This document shows positions 46,735 through 62,800 of a DNA stretch of 64,000 nucleotides, in pieces; the first letter of the stretch is position 1; each line of letters begins with the position of its first letter. Origin of the DNA: the human T2T-CHM13v2.0 reference genome, Homo sapiens. The translations under genes and the position numbers were made by a program. The notes under the pieces are model-generated. The model was given only the letters and a program-made list of their open reading frames with translations, ran no database searches and was not told the DNA's origin. The DNA lies in the NCBI RefSeq assembly GCF_009914755.1, contig NC_060937.1; one strand, 5' to 3'.

Positions 46735-47410
46735 CTCATAAAAACATCCAAACACAATAACTTGAAAAAGATAATACAATGAACACACATATACCTTCCA
46801 TTTAGATTAAATAATTGTTAATATTTTTTCATATTTTCTTTGTGTGGATATATGCATAAATACATTCTTAAATATGCCACAATATTATTATACCTAATAA
46901 AATTGAAAAAGTATTACGCAATTTTTATGAAAAAAATTATTCCATAAATATAGAATATCCCACATTCTAGATCTAAGTAGTTGTTTTCTAACTTTAACTT
47001 ATACAGAGGTATAAGTCTCTTGTATTTTCTAAACTGGAATTTAGGTTAGAGGTTTGATTAGATATAGATTAAATTTCTGGCCAGAATAGTTCATAAAAGT
47101 GATACTAGATACTTCAAATCTTATTATATAGTAGCAACTAATGTCAGGCTGTTATTCTAGGTGTTATGCTATGATTGACCATGTAGTTAAGGTGATGACC
47201 ACCTGGCCCCTCCTTTGTAAACATAAAATTTTCCCATTTCTATTAGGCCATGAATATCCTACCCCTCAACAACCTTTCACCCAATGGCTTAGCATCCACT
47301 GATCACATACACCTGAATCAATTATTACATTAGGGACTATAAAGTGAGAATTTTCTGACATTATCATTCTTCCTACATTTATAAGTTAGCATTTTTCTCT
47401 CAAGAAGAAT
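46735..47410 (-). mobile_element. Old L1MC5/L1ME-type 3'UTR fragment
   Basis: 'caatgaacacacatatacc', 'tttcacccaatggcttagcatccactgat...cctgaatcaattattac'. Confidence 0.6.
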
Positions 47411-47415
47411 TTTTT

Positions 47416-47745
<330 letters not shown>

Positions 47746-47819
47746 TTAGCTTTTTTCCCTTTCCCATAATTCAATATTCTTTCTTTTTATATTTTTTTAG
47801 TTTTGATAATTTGTCTAAT

Positions 47820-47945
47820 GTAAATATTATTCCTATTTTATAAATGAAGAAACTGAGCCACAAAGAAGTTCAGCAACTTACTCAGCATAACTAGTAAGTG
47901 ACAGATATGAACATGGAACTTAGATCTCTGACTCTTATTCCTATA
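47820..47945 (-). mobile_element. MIR
   Basis: 'ttttataaatgaagaaactgagcc...ctagtaagtgacag'. Confidence 0.75.
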
Positions 47946-48694
47946 CAGTGGCAAATATATCACAGTTACCTCCATTGATACGATGCATCTGTTCAACCCC
48001 CTCAATAACCAAAGATTTTTTCCTGAAGTACTTCAGCTGTGGAACTGTGAATAAGCCTTTCCTTAGAAAATTCCAAGAACAGACATGTAAATATCCCCAG
48101 TACAGGCTGTAGGGTTCGGATTATTATAAATGGAAAATGGAAGCAATAGCAGACAAGAATTGGGATGATATTCCTCACCCCACACTCCTGTAATTAAAAG
48201 TCACACTGAAAATCTTGGAAACTTTTAGAGGAGGGAAAAATGAAATACAAACTCATCCAGTTTTTGGACCAAACCCTTGAAAGCAGCAGTTATACAATTT
48301 CCAGGTAATTCCCTTACTGGCCTTCTCATTTTTTGACAGGGGAGAGGTGGCTTTTTTCAGCATGAAGCTAATTTTGTTCTATTATAATGAAATCTACAAA
48401 TGTTGGACATATTTCCACCTGGACAACCAGTACAGTCTCCATCTATGCATTTTCTTTTGCTCCTTTTTTCTTTTTTTGCCTTTTCTTATTTCTTTATCTG
48501 CAAAAGATTTACTAATAAGAGCATATGAGGTTATGTAAGATAAATAGTAATCAAAGTTTCCAAATAGCAGGCTTTTTCTACTCCTCTTTACTTCAATTCC
48601 TTTTCTTTTTTCTCTTTTCCTCTTTCTCACTCTACTTTGATATTCCTTCCTGAAAAGAAGAAAAAATGTTTGGCCACTTATTAAAAAAAAACTT

Positions 48695-48890
48695 ATTTTT
48701 TATTAACAAGCATTTAATACCAAGTGCCTGTGATTAGACAGATACAGTAAAAAATCTTAGGGACACAAAGAGTAGTAAAAATTTTTCTAGAAAGTGGCAG
48801 AGAAAGTATCTGTTATAATGTCATGTCATGAATACAAAAATAATGGTATGTGCACAGTGACTTGGGGAGCTCAGAGGAAGAACTATCCTC
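48695..48890 (-). mobile_element. L2 3' fragment
   Basis: 'tattaacaagcatttaataccaagtgcc', 'ggggagctcagaggaag'. Confidence 0.45.
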
Positions 48891-49409
48891 AGCAACATGA
48901 CTCAAAGGGCTTTCGAAGGTCTCTGCCTCCCATAAGCACTGATAAGGGATGAGCAGTTGCTTCATTTCAGTGTAACAGGGGAAAAAATTATGGCTGTCTG
49001 TTTATTTTAATTAAATAAGAATCTAAAGGGGAGATTATTTTGAACATGAGCTAATCTCAAAGAGTGAGCCTGTAGGAAAAAACGTTGCCTGGGTGATTTG
49101 TTAGAAAATGAGAGCAAAAACCCTGGGACCCTGAAAATAATATTCCTGAGCAGAATTTGCAAAATCACAGCCCAGCACAGCCCACAGTAGCGCATTCCCA
49201 GAATTATTCTTTCAGCCGTCAGCACCACATTTACCTCCCATCCTTCAGGAGCAGGGCTGTTTCAGCTCATTTTATTAGATGATCTCAGATCCATATCAAG
49301 CCATAATTAAACAACAGAGCCCCAGGATGAGAGAACTCCCCCTAGGAAAGATCCCCCAAGACCCTAAGCCCAGCTGTAGAAAGCCATGTTCTAAAGTTCA
49401 ACTGAAGCT

Positions 49410-49575
49410 GCCTCCTGAGTGAACTTGCTGCGTGACCTTGAGCAAGTCATTTAACATCCCCGTGTCTCAGTTTCCTCATTTGTACAATGGGGACCAGGCT
49501 GCTGACCTTCCTCCCGGGCCCACTTTGAGAAACAGATCATTAGCAATTATAAAGTACTTTGAAAATGTAAATGCT
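49410..49575 (+). mobile_element. MIR
   Basis: 'gctgcgtgaccttgagcaagtcatttaac...tctcagtttcctcatttgtacaatgggg'. Confidence 0.85.
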
Positions 49576-50644
49576 GAATTATAATTTTAATCAACAAGTC
49601 AACCTTGGTGCTTTCCACTCAATCACTCCCTCTTGGGCAAACAACCAAAACCACTGGCTGACCCAGGCACTCTGAGCCCAGCATTCACCCCTTGCACAAA
49701 ACATGGCTTCTCTAGAGACCCACTGGGAGCCCTTCCCTTCCCTTGTCAGCACGCAGCAACTGTCTTTCAACCACTGATCAGGAAACTGGAACCCCAAATG
49801 TGAAGAGTATTCAAGTTCATGCTTAAGATATCTCAACCAACCCAAGGAAATTCTGATGAAGAAAATAACAGGCCCATGCCCAGTGATCTGGGAACCACAT
49901 TTCCTCTGGATTTGTGAAAGTTTCTCAGTTGGAAAATTATGTGTATATTAATTAATTTTCTAGCAAATATTTGCTGAACACCTAAAAAGTACACACTGGA
50001 ATAAAACTTTACAGCTCAGCCAGTAGGAATCCTACAGCAGTGAGACCAATGTTCTATGGCCCAGTGATCCCTGCTAGAAGATTAAACCACAGTCTAAAGC
50101 TAGGCAGTCATGTTACAGGCCATCCAATGCCTAACAAAGACCAAGTGGTAGGGAGGAGGGGCTGCGCAAACACACAAGCACATAAGTCCTCGGTGGGTGT
50201 CTAGCTTTGCTTGGCCTTCAGATCTCTCAAAGAAGTTAGTGTCAAACATTATCTTTGTAAACATGACTTTAAAACAGATAAAGCAGTCAATCAAGCCCTG
50301 GATTCGATTTTAACTGGACCCTCCTTGATTCAGAATAATAAGCGTGCCAATTCCTTTAATAATAAATACACTTTGAACTGAAACCAGAGATGCTTCCTTT
50401 ATCACTTGTTGAGTAAGTTGGGTCGTAAACCTAAGTTCAAATAAGTGCAAAGAAAATATCACTAAAATTAATTGTTTTAGACAGAGTAAAACATGGACTC
50501 TTAAAGTGGTTGTATTTTCTTTCACATTTAATGTGAGCCATTTAAGAGCTAATACACCTATCTTAGTCGTTAGACATTTCAACACCTATTAGTCATAAAT
50601 TTGGTATGATTGCACCTGTCAGGAACTTGCAAAATAAAGTCAAT

Positions 50645-50855
50645 GTGTAGAATAGGCACTGGGCTAGGAATTAGATAGATTCAGGACCCAAGCAGACACT
50701 TTCTAACTGTGACTTTGGGGATCACTTAAATTCTCTCAGCTTGCATTTCTTCCTCTACAAAGTAAGAATAATAATAAGTGTCCTTCTTACATCCAGGGTC
50801 ATTGTGAGGCACTAATGGGATGACGTATGTGAAAATATTCTGTGAACAATAAACC
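50645..50855 (+). mobile_element. MIR
   Basis: 'aactgtgactttggggatcacttaaattctctcagcttgcatttcttcctctacaaa'. Confidence 0.75.
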
Positions 50856-51854
50856 ACGCTCCAAGTTTAAGAGATAATGGTGAGGATTACTTCTATTAAA
50901 TCTTCATGGGATAGGTGAATTTGGAATCTCCTCACTGAATGAATTTTAAAAAAGGTATACAGATATTAGTATAGTGCCTGTGGGTAGTAATAAATATGCA
51001 TTGATTATCATGAAGAGAAAGATATGAAAAAGTGTTTTCCTCAGATTCTGTTTTTGATTAAAAAGATATAACTGGCTTTAGTATGCTTTTCACAGCTATC
51101 ACATTTATGATCTTTGCAATTAACTTCTAAAATATTCATATTTAAATGGCATGCTATAAAAATAATGGATTCAGAAAATTACCATATGTGGCAAGAGTAA
51201 AGAAAAAAACAAAACATTTCTCTCCATCCCAAGAATTTTCAGAAGTTACAGAATCATAGTTAATAAAATTCAGTGTTCTCTCGGACAGTATATACTCATG
51301 AATAGAATATTATTTTGAAGATAATTTAACTCCCTGGTATTACCAAAGCCTACAGAATACTGCTACTTGCTATGATTATATACATGACAAAATATAATAA
51401 ATGGATGTACAAGCAGGTGAAACGCAATGTAGATTGCCAAAAGGGTCGTGAAGTGTACAAATGTTAACAATATTTTTGGAAGTATTAATATAAACAAATT
51501 AATGTAAAAATACTAAAATAACATTTAAATGAATTATAGATACATTTTATAACAATGTAAGTTTAGTCAACATTGCACTTTCTCTGTAAAAAACTTTTTT
51601 CACATTTTTCTAAATACCTTTGAATATATTCACCTGCCGTTTATTATTTATTTAGAATATAACAATTTTTGCTCTGTGCACAGAGAAGATTTAGGATAAT
51701 TTTTTATATAATTCTATATAACCAGCCTTCACATACTTGAAGACAAGTTTGGAAGCAAATATGCACTCAAACCAGCCGTCCAAGATGGCTAACTTAGAAG
51801 ACAGGGAAGATAAAAAGTCATTGATGAAGTGAAAGGAAAGACAGAATCAATATT

Positions 51855-51855
51855 C

Positions 51856-51900
<45 letters not shown>

Positions 51901-51907
51901 CCCCCCC
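51855..51907. repeat. (CT)n followed by a C-run
   Basis: Read directly. Confidence 0.95.
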
Positions 51908-51959
51908 ACCCCTTCCCTCCTCTTCTTGCCCCACCCCTGTTCTCCGTCTATCTTTAGGA

Positions 51960-52159
51960 AAGTGTGCAAGAGAGAACCACTAAGGAGGCCACAGTGTTTT
52001 ATTCTAATCTCAGAAAGGACATGCCATAACTCTTGCTGTACTCTACTCATAAAAGCAAGGCACTAGGTCCTGCCCATACTCAAAGGGAGAACATTACACA
52101 GGGTATGAACACTAGGAGGCAGAAATCATTAGGGACCCTTTTAGAGCCTGCCTACCATG
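51960..52159 (-). mobile_element. MLT1F-like MaLR LTR fragment
   Basis: 'cactaggtcctgcccatactcaaagggag...tgaacactaggaggcag...agcctgcctacca'. Confidence 0.75.
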
Positions 52160-53464
52160 AATAGCTTTGCATATCAGACTTAGATTACTCAGGAAATGCA
52201 AAGCAATGCCAGGTATATTTATTACATTTGTGATTGGAATGGAGCAAAATTAATATGATCAGCATAACTGACTCTACCGTAAAATGCCTTTGATGAATCT
52301 ATTTTTTCCAAAATAACCCAATTTAGTCATTTTCAAATTGTTTTGCATCAAACCCCTAAACACTAGAGAGTACCTAAGATGTGCCAGGCACTGGGCCCAG
52401 CACTGACAGAAGAAAAAAAACAGCCTCTGACTTCAAGGGGCTTTTAGTTTTGAACTTTGCAAATTCTTTTTAAATTTTGTAGTTATTTGGGCTTTGTTTT
52501 GTTTAAACAAGGAACAATTGCTCCACTAAATAAATATGGACTTACATGTGACTTTACAAAGAGCTGCAAGACACTCAATTATCAATACTTCACTAAACGT
52601 TAGACCTCCTAGATAAATAGACGAAGACTGATTTTGGTTATACTAATAAGTAAAAGAATTAGACTGCCTGTCCTAAACCACAAGGTAAGACTATATATAT
52701 ATAGGAATATATTTTACCTGAGTGTCTATCCAGTTTCCTAATCACTAGGTATTACCACATTTCTCTGAGCTCAACAAGCCAGCCAGTATAGAATTATCAT
52801 CAATTTCACAAACCTACTTATATAGTTCATTCTATCTCTTTATCCTCTTTATCCCTTGATTTTCTATAATTGCAAAAGTCTTCACACTCTGCAACTCTGT
52901 TAGCATTAACTCATTCAGCTTTTCTCTGCCCTTGTTGTTGCCTTAAAGCATTTAACTGTAACACCACATAATTGTTTTACACCTCCTCTTTTTCATTCCA
53001 TAGGATCATGTTTCACCATAAATCTTTGAGACCACTTTCAAAAAGCCATATCAGATGTATTTTTGCTCTTTGGAAGTCTTGTTCTTTAAGGGACTTGTAA
53101 TCAGTTCAGTTCAGCTTTAAGTTTCTCTTAGTTGACAACAGCCTAAAGGACCATGTTTCCATTCTAAAGGGCTTTGATCTTCATCTCATGCACCAAACCA
53201 AATCATGCCTATTACAATAGTTCACACTGGAATTTCCAGTATCTGCAATTTCTTTCCCTTTCTGAAATCAGATAAAGGGATAGTCTGCAGATGACTGATA
53301 GTCAGCTAGGCAAAATACCTGAGTCCTAACTTAGAATTGGCTCTTTATCTAAAGTAATTTCAGGAGAATTATTTCATAATAACATGATATTCTGTAGTCC
53401 ATTTACATAAAAGTGAATTCAGTTATGTTTCCCATAGTTTAGTAGGACAAGCTGGAGATTATAA

Positions 53465-53937
<473 letters not shown>

Positions 53938-55614
53938 TCAATAAGAAGGCACAATAAGCAATATGACTGTCAGGGATCTGTAACTCCGAAAAACTTAGAG
54001 AAAAGCATTTCTGAAGAAAGGACCATAAAATATAGTGACTTACACAATTGAGTTACATAAACATCACTGGATCCATGAGTTGATACCATAAAATCTAAAT
54101 GTATGTAACAGTGAATGGTCATAGGAACATAAATTGCGTCACTGACAATTAGGCAATCTGGGACCTGTAAGGAAATTAAATGTGTTCATGGCTTCTACTG
54201 CGGTTAGTAACATACAATAAAGAGCAAAACGGAGCCTCCAGAGGGATTCTGAAAAAGGTTGTAGACAGATGTTATGAAACTTAAGGTCCAACAGAAGTGT
54301 ATTTAGGTCAAGGAAAAAGATTGAACAAGGAAAGAAAGAGCAGAAACAGAATTTGTTGTGTGACCTCTAGAAGCAGTTTCAATAGGAAATAGTCTTGACT
54401 CATACTTTCTAAAAAAAAAAAAAAAAATGAAATTAGCTCTGAACTACTGTTAAACTGACATCAGAAATCTGGATCTAATTGGAGTTACATAAGAAATATT
54501 GTAGTATTTGAGGGTTCTATACATAGTCCATAGAAAATGGATTGTTTTTGAAAACAAGATTCAAAGCAGTGTTACTTTCTTAAACAAGGCTTGTTTCATA
54601 TAGCCATTCAGTTGAATTAAATTTTCTTAGAAAAGCCATTTTAATTCTTTTACATAGTCTTCCTCTTTTTGACATACATATAAAGATATAGAAATGGATG
54701 TATTTAACAGAAACACAAGTCACATTGAAGTTATTGGAATTTACATATATATGGATACATATATGTATTCAAAATTATGTTTGATTCTTCAATGAAAGTA
54801 TGAAATACAAGAGAATAATCCTATGTAAACTCAGCCTATATCCTAGATGTAATCTTGCTAGTCCTATATATATAGAAGGAAGCCATTTGTAGTATAGCTG
54901 TCTTCAGATAGCAGACTTATTTAAACAATTCTGCTTACAGAGAATTTACCAAAATTTCATCTCCTTTCCCTTCATTCCAACTTATCACTCTCTTATTTCC
55001 ACCACTTCCTCTCCTAACCCCTGCCTCACACACACATAGAGACACAAACACACCACTTATTCTAGACTAGATCACTGCCCTAGGCTATGCTTGGCTTCTA
55101 AAAATCCTTCAAGAACTACAGGATGATTGTATATTTAGAGTCTACCTTACCCCCAGCTCTCTCCACCCCTGTCATGAAGAGAATGAAAACATTACATCAG
55201 TTGTCCTGACATGGGAAAGGATCCTTGCAACTCCTTAGTAATAGACAAGGAGGGTCAATTCCTAATTGCACTCATTCCTACCTCCTTTAAGAGGTGGGCC
55301 CAGCAAAGAGTGGTTTGCTGTTTGTTAGGCACTAACTCCACAAAATTGGGCCTCCTACAAAAGGAGAGAATAATAAAAATATATTTACACATGTAAACTA
55401 TATTTCTACTGCCATGTTTTGAGCCATAGAATTTAGGATGGCAAGGAATTATATACTATATCTTTAAAATATAGAAATAGTATAAAAATAATCATCAAGA
55501 AAGCCTGCATATACCTCTTTGTTACGATGAGGATACCAACTTGGTTTTCATTTGAAATTTTTGAAAAAGAGTGGCAACCAAAAATACATCATATTATATT
55601 AAATATGTCTCTGG

Positions 55615-55948
55615 TTTTTGGGGAGCTTTTGGGGTTTTTTGTTTGTTCATTTTTTGTTTTTGTTTTCTGAGACAGAGTCTTGCTCTGTTGTCCAGGCTAG
55701 AGTGCAGTGGTGTGCTCTCAGCTCTCTGAAACCTCCACCTGCCAGGTTCAAGCGATTATCCTGCCTCAGCCTCCTGAGTAGCTGGGATTACAGGCACATG
55801 CCACCACACCCGGTTAATTTTTCTATTTTTAGTAGAGACAGGGTTTTACCATGTTGGCCATGCTGGTCTTGAACTATTGACCTCGTGATCCACCCGCCTC
55901 GGCCTCCGACAGTGCTGATATTATAGGCATGAGCCGCCACGCCTGGCC
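55615..55948 (-). mobile_element. AluS (Sg/Sc-like)
   Basis: Reverse Alu with the 2-bp-deletion form 'cctcgtgatcc' and a degenerate tail. Confidence 0.92.
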
Positions 55949-56639
55949 CAAACATGTTTAAAGTATGAAATTTTTGCAGTTGAGACATAAAGCTAAGGAC
56001 CACAAAACCCTCAAACCTTTAAAGAAAAGTGAGAGGAAAAGAAAAAAATGACTTCTACCAAACACCAAACTGAGTTTTTTTTTCCCCATTTTTACTTTAA
56101 TCGCCTTTTGTGATCCTAGTTTACACATTCTGTCAACCTTGTTTACAAATTACTTTCTTTTCTTTGATAGTAAGAAGAAAGCCCAAAGACAAAACCAGAG
56201 GCAACTGGCTGCTGCATCGCCCACCTAGTGGCAGTAGTGTGAGCTATGGACAAAAGATCTAAGTCTCCAGGACAAAGAGTTGTGCAGCTGCTCATTTTCC
56301 TGTTGACTTCTGTCTAAGACTTGGAGATGTTTGTAAGATTGGGACCTACCTACAGAGGTATCACACTCCTCTTGGTCTAACTCACTCTTGAACTGACATT
56401 CGTGGTGAATTTCTTTTGTCACTTAGCATATTAGAAGAGATGTTTTACTATAATTCTCACAATCAATCCATAAGCAAGTGGTTAAAGGCCTTTTTGTACT
56501 TAGTTATCTCAGCACTGTCAGGGATGGCTAAAGAGAATAAGCATGGCCTCTGCTTTCCATTTTTTAACATATGACAACTAAAATACAAAAAAACACAAGT
56601 TATGACAAACATATAATGCTTCCTCTAGACAAGCATTGC

Positions 56640-56835
56640 AGCTTGGCATTGCACTAAGTGTTTTGATACTAATCCATTAAATTCTCCCACCACCCAACAA
56701 CGTAGAATATATCAGAGAGTGAAGCATGGAGAATTTATATAATTTGCTCAAGGCTACAAAGCTAATAAATGTGGAGCCAGGATTCAAATGTAGGCATTCT
56801 GATTCCCTAGTCTATGCTCTTACCCAGCATGTTAT
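56640..56835 (-). mobile_element. MIR
   Basis: 'aatttgctcaaggctacaaagctaataaatgtggagccaggattcaaatgtaggc'. Confidence 0.8.
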
Positions 56836-59800
56836 GCTGATGCTCAAAACAGTTGAGTGTTATATTAATTTAAATAAAAAAGATAAATTAGAGCTAGAGA
56901 GTGTGTAATAGGCTCCATGGAGAAAGTCAAATGGACTTGGAACTTGGCAACTGAAGAGACCATGGCCAGACAAATGGCAAGAAATTCTGGCAAGAAGAAC
57001 AATAGGCATGGAGTGTCCGCAGCAGAGGAAAGAAGCCAATCTCACTACAGTGGACGGAAACAAGGAGAAATTAAATGAGATCATTAGAATGGAAAAGATT
57101 GTAGAAATCCAGATAATTTATAGTGAAAATTGAATTTCTAAGAGGGTGAAGTTAAAATTGGGTTAATAGACACTATCTCAAAAATGTAATCTGTTACATT
57201 ACAACAGAAACAAAGCTTCTCATGACATGCAGAGATCCATAAATGACTGTTTTACTTTTGGCAAAATTGAAAAGAGAATAATAGTGACTGCAGGGTCAAG
57301 ATTAATGCATGCTGATTTTTAGGTAACATGGGAGAATTAAAGAGCCAGAGTTTCACTACTGGCCACCAACAGTCCATTTTAATGTGTACTCAGTCTTTGT
57401 GACCTCTGTCCATTAGAGATATATCAAACTTGTATTTAAACTGAAATGTGATTAGAGCCATGAGGCCTGCCTGGAGGTAAAGCAGGTTGAGAAAAATTTC
57501 CTCAATGACACATTCTCTATGGAAAGTCTTTCTCAAAGGAAAAGAAATTGTGTCCTACTGGCAAAAAGCAGAAAAGGAAGTGGGGAGGGGAAATGGAAAA
57601 ACATCTAAACCATCTCTGGGGAAAAGGTGATACTAAATATAAACTGGCCATCAACATAGTGAAGCTGAAGAAGGCAAGGGGTGTCTAAATGTATCATCAG
57701 AAAAGTTAAGAAACAGGGCAAAGTAGGCTAGCTTAGGAACATCAACAGAATATTGGAAGAAGAACAGGGGGCAATTTTATAACCTCTCAATCATTTCCAA
57801 CTTCTTACAGTGCTCCAGAAAAGAAAAAGTGTCCTTGATAAGAATGATTTATTGAACAATTATCTCTTTCCGCCCTCAGCTCTCTGGAACTGGACAACAG
57901 ACAGATCTGGTGAATTATAATTATGGAGTTCTCCAGAAGAACTTCCTCTCAAGGATGCACAATTTTCCAGTTAGTCACAAGGCAGCATCACAAGCAAAAT
58001 GGGGCTCTCTCTTTATTTAACAAGGCCTATCTTCTACACACAGTTTCTGCAATTTCCGCTTCTCCTTATGTGTATCTTTCTCTGCCCTTTTGTATGTTCC
58101 ACTTATGTAGGATTGTTTGCCCCACAGTCACACACAATACAATCATCATGCTAACCCCCTCCCCAAAAACTCCCTACTCCCTTTTCATCTCTCCCATTGC
58201 TCCTCCACACTGGTCCTGCGCTGGCCTGTTTGCTCCCTGAGTAAATTAGATCCCTGCATGTGCTGCTCATCTTCCCTCCCTCCACCTTCCACCATACTCT
58301 CTTCATGTCCACATCTGCCTCTTGGCAAATGCCCTGTGGAAGAGAGATTTTTCCCAGGCTCTCCTCCCTTGTAGGTCTCTTTGTGCCTCCGCATCCTGAG
58401 TTTCCTCTGACTCTTGTTTCTTTCTGCTTCTTGTGACAGCTATGGTTACAGCTAACAAGCATGGGAGGAAGGATCTGAGGGAAAGTTGTGCTTTTGGTTC
58501 ACTAAATCCTTAGATTTGATTTGGGTAGTCAGAAAGTGCTAAAAAGTTTGTTTCAATGGAACATCCTGCAGTCCCAAATGGGGTAAACTTATCTTGTTTT
58601 TCATCTGCTGTCATGGTTAACTGGCAACTTCCAGGTACAAGGTGACTGTCTGGCATCTCAGGTGCACACATGAAGGCAATTTCAGAAAGAATGCCTATGG
58701 ATTACAGACCATTCAGCTGAGTTTTATCTGGGGCTTTCTGGCACGGAATATGTACCAGCATCTTAGATCAATTCTGGCACATTATTTTAAAAGTTTTTTG
58801 TTCCTGAGTTCCTTGGTACCTGATCATTCCAATATTTTCTGCCTTACAAAGTCACAGGAAAACAGGTTTGGAGCTGAGTATTTTCAATCACCACTGACTT
58901 GGTGACAGACACTAAACTCATTTCACTTAGGATTATAGGTTGAACTCAAATTGGGATCCCTGAAGAGAAAGACCAGTCCTTTATCCAGTACCTTAAGGAA
59001 AACATTTCTTATTTCCATTAACAACCAGAAAAGGAAAGACAGTGCAACAGCTGGAAGAGCACTGCAAATATCAGGGTTACAAAGAGTAACCCAGAAACCT
59101 TTAAAATAATTTAAAGTGGTGATAAAACCAGTAACACACTGCACTTCTATTAATGCAGTAATCCTTAACCCTTGAACCTAACTTGTACTTACACTAAGAA
59201 GTCAGAAGAACTGTTTTTACTTGATCTACCAAGGCAATTTCCCATAGTTTGATTGGAAATAGTGCTGATGATTTTCTCATTTAAGTTATCTACAAAGCAC
59301 TAAAAAAAAGTGACTCTGCTGGAATTATCCTTCTAAGAAAATAAGAAAAAAATAGAAATTTCTTACAACTAAGAAATGGATCAAGATAACATTGGTCTGT
59401 GAGATTTAAATCTATCAAAATATGTGAGCATACCACAGATATGATTTCTTCAGTTCTCTGCAAGGTAACCAAAGCAATTCCAAGAAGTCTTATTTTATTA
59501 GAACTCAAATTTATTAAGTATGACCTATCTAAGATCATAGTGGGCAGACAACTACCTTGGACGTGGGGTTAAGAGAAGATAAAATTCAAAAGTTTGAAAG
59601 TAAGTAAAGGATAAGCAAGATTCTTTGAATGATCAACAGCACTCCACAGGCACACAGAGACACAAAAACAGCTAAAAAGGCAAGGACAAAATTAAACAGT
59701 AATGATGATTTATAGTAAGATACTCTGAGACATGATAGAAGTCTCAGTACACCAAAAGGAAAATCTTGTTTGCTCAAATTATTTGTTTCTTCTGTCTAAT

Positions 59801-62800
59801 GAATGTAATTCTAATATACAAGTGATAACACTGGCATTTCTTTGAAATGTTGATTCAGTTTAATTATGAAAATCACCAAGGTATTTTCTAGCTGCTGCAT
59901 CACTCCCTGTACTAAGATTAATCACATCAACATCATTCATTTAATCTTCAAAGAGGAAGCAGTTGTCCACAAAAGCCTTCAAATAGCTTCATTAGTGCAA
60001 TTTTTCAGTCTCAAACACTTAGCTAGCAGCATATGATTGAGAGTAAGGTCATTATATTCATCTATTTCCTAATCTAATTTTTGTAATGTTTCTACATTTA
60101 ATGTAGGAATGTGTAAGTGTGGAGTTTTTGCCTTCTCTTTGTTTGTAAAACAGCTCAAAACATGAAGAAAATAATGATTCTAATTATAAAATATTTGATT
60201 GCTATGGTTTTAAGTCATGAAATTTAATGTACAGGCCCATGGCCAGTTCATTTTTTCTTTTTTCTTTTTTTAATGTGAAAAGAATTTAGTGTAGAAATGC
60301 TCTATTTTCTTGTCTCTTGTAGACAAAGAAAAACTTAGCGCATGAGAGACGTGTCTGACTTCAGAAACTGGAATTACAAAAGTCACTGCAAATAAAATTT
60401 CTTTGGTGTTTTAAAATGCAAGATGAATTCTATATTTAAAAACAGAAGCCTCACTTATGTTTCTCTAATAAGACCCATTCTTAACATCCTTTTCTTTGAT
60501 GAAAGCATTAATATTCCCTTTCCTTATTGGAAACCAACAGGTATCAGAGTCCCACAAAATAACACTGTATTGTTGATGCACCGATCAAATCATTCTTTTA
60601 ATCATTAAAAATTATGCAGTTGCAATCAAAAACATTCTCAGAGAGACTTAGAGCAGAGCCTGGCACCAGCAGGGTGTGGTGATATAGTCATTTGTAATTA
60701 CTGTACCTACTCTGAAGGGTTATAAAATGTGTCAGAAAGTAAAATTTGCTGAGCCCCATTACCAAGAAGCAAAACTTACTAACTGGTGCTTTAAACTTTG
60801 CATCTTATAAAGGAATGATTTATTTGACTTTTGACTGGTCCACTTGCAGAAATCATTACATTGCAATATTCAGTGACTGTGCAAAGGGGAAAAAAAGGAT
60901 AAATCATACAGAGACATTCTCAAGTTAACATCTGGCGAGCATATAAGGCCAAATCTGTAAGGCAAGATCTGCCTACGATGGCATAAATAATGGTGTGTAT
61001 TTGCAGTTTAGGCCAAGGGATAAGGGCTTTTGATCATAAAAATAGTTCATAACCAATTGCAATGAGATGATGCAATTGTAAAAATTTTGTTTCCACAAAC
61101 TGTATAAAGACAATTATGATATTTTAAATATTAACCCCTTTTAAATTGTTTTCAAATAAAATTATAACGGCTTTTTGTAAAACCAAATTCTAATTGACCC
61201 AATCAAATTTTAAGATAAATTATGAAGGTGAGAATAACACCAGCTTGAAAATATCAGTTTGCCATTTGTCCAGCTACATGCAAAGTCACCAGAATAAAAT
61301 GGAATTATATGAAAGAGGAGCAATAAACTGCATTATTTACATGTGTTCAATATTATAATCAGAGGTAAAAAGTGTGTTTTTAAATATTTGTACACACAAA
61401 GTTTTATTATCTACTTTACATAATACTGTGTTAGACACACTGGGAAATGCAAAGATAGAAAAGATAAACTATCTTCTCCTGAGAAGCCTTTACTATGGTA
61501 GAAAAGATAGGAGCACATGTCATTACAATAAGAGGAAATGTGAGATAAGTGACCAAAGAGGATTTTTGTCTTAAAAAATCCTAAGTTTTTATCTAAGAGT
61601 TTACAAGTAGATTCTTCTGAGCCAGAACACCATGGAAGGTTTCCTGGCATGATGACATATGAGATTCAAGGAATGGGTATTATGTTCAAAGCTCAAGACT
61701 GGGGAGAGAAGATTACATTTTACAGTTTAAAATATTTTATTTACCTTTCCCAACACTTATGCATTTGTATCTTCTGCAGCGAATGATAAAATTTCTTTTG
61801 TTTTCAGAAGTGTCAAGATAATTTTTTATTAAAATAAACAAATAAATTCGAGAAGACTCAGTACTCATTCCAGTTGGCATTTTTGAAAGTCTAAAATACC
61901 CATTTTAATGGTTAACGCCAAACATCAAATCCATATAATCCCTGAGCAAGTGTACTTAATCATATTCTAAAAAAAGATATGTCTCCTTTTCAAATAACAG
62001 AACAAGTTTATTTCTATTTACGTATATCTGGCTGGAAACAAAAATGATCATAATTTAGAGAAAATGTTTAAAACTCTGAAGCATGAAGTTTTGTGGAGCT
62101 TGTATTGTTTCTCTCTCCCTCCCTCCCTCTCTCTCTCTTTCTCCATATATATACATATAATTCTTTCTTCAATATCTGCCTTGGGTTAGAAGTAGAAGTT
62201 TGGTGGTAAAGGTGAATCCCATCAAAAGACCCGTAGTAATACAGGAATTCAAATATTATTTGTTGAAAGTAGAAAATAAAAAATATAAATTAATAGAGCT
62301 TACTGAATTCATCTAATTCATACACACTTCTAATATGCTTATGGTAATTTCAATTATCATCTTAAAAGAACCCACCTTGCAGTACCAGATAATATTGGGA
62401 AATCAACAAACTAAAATAGTCTTAGGAATAGTGAATGTATATTCCTGTTTGCAAGCATATAAAGGATAAATACAGACACCTTGACAAAATATGAAGAGTT
62501 CAGGAAACAGAAATGATCTTATACAAACTAATGTCTAACCTGGGTCCTATTCTGAGCCTCTCAAATGTGTCTTGCTAATATAAGAATATGCATTGGCTCT
62601 TTTAACTCTGAGAGTAACTGAGAAGCCTCCTTCACAGAACTCTAAGGAGCTTAGAATCACCTTTCTGACCATCTTTTCTGCTTCTATATATCCTCATAAA
62701 ATATTTACTGTTCTTCTGAATGACCACTCTGATTATCCTTAGACTCCTTTCAGATTCCCTGATGATGTCATGGAAATGTTAAACCCATTATGCTAAGTTA

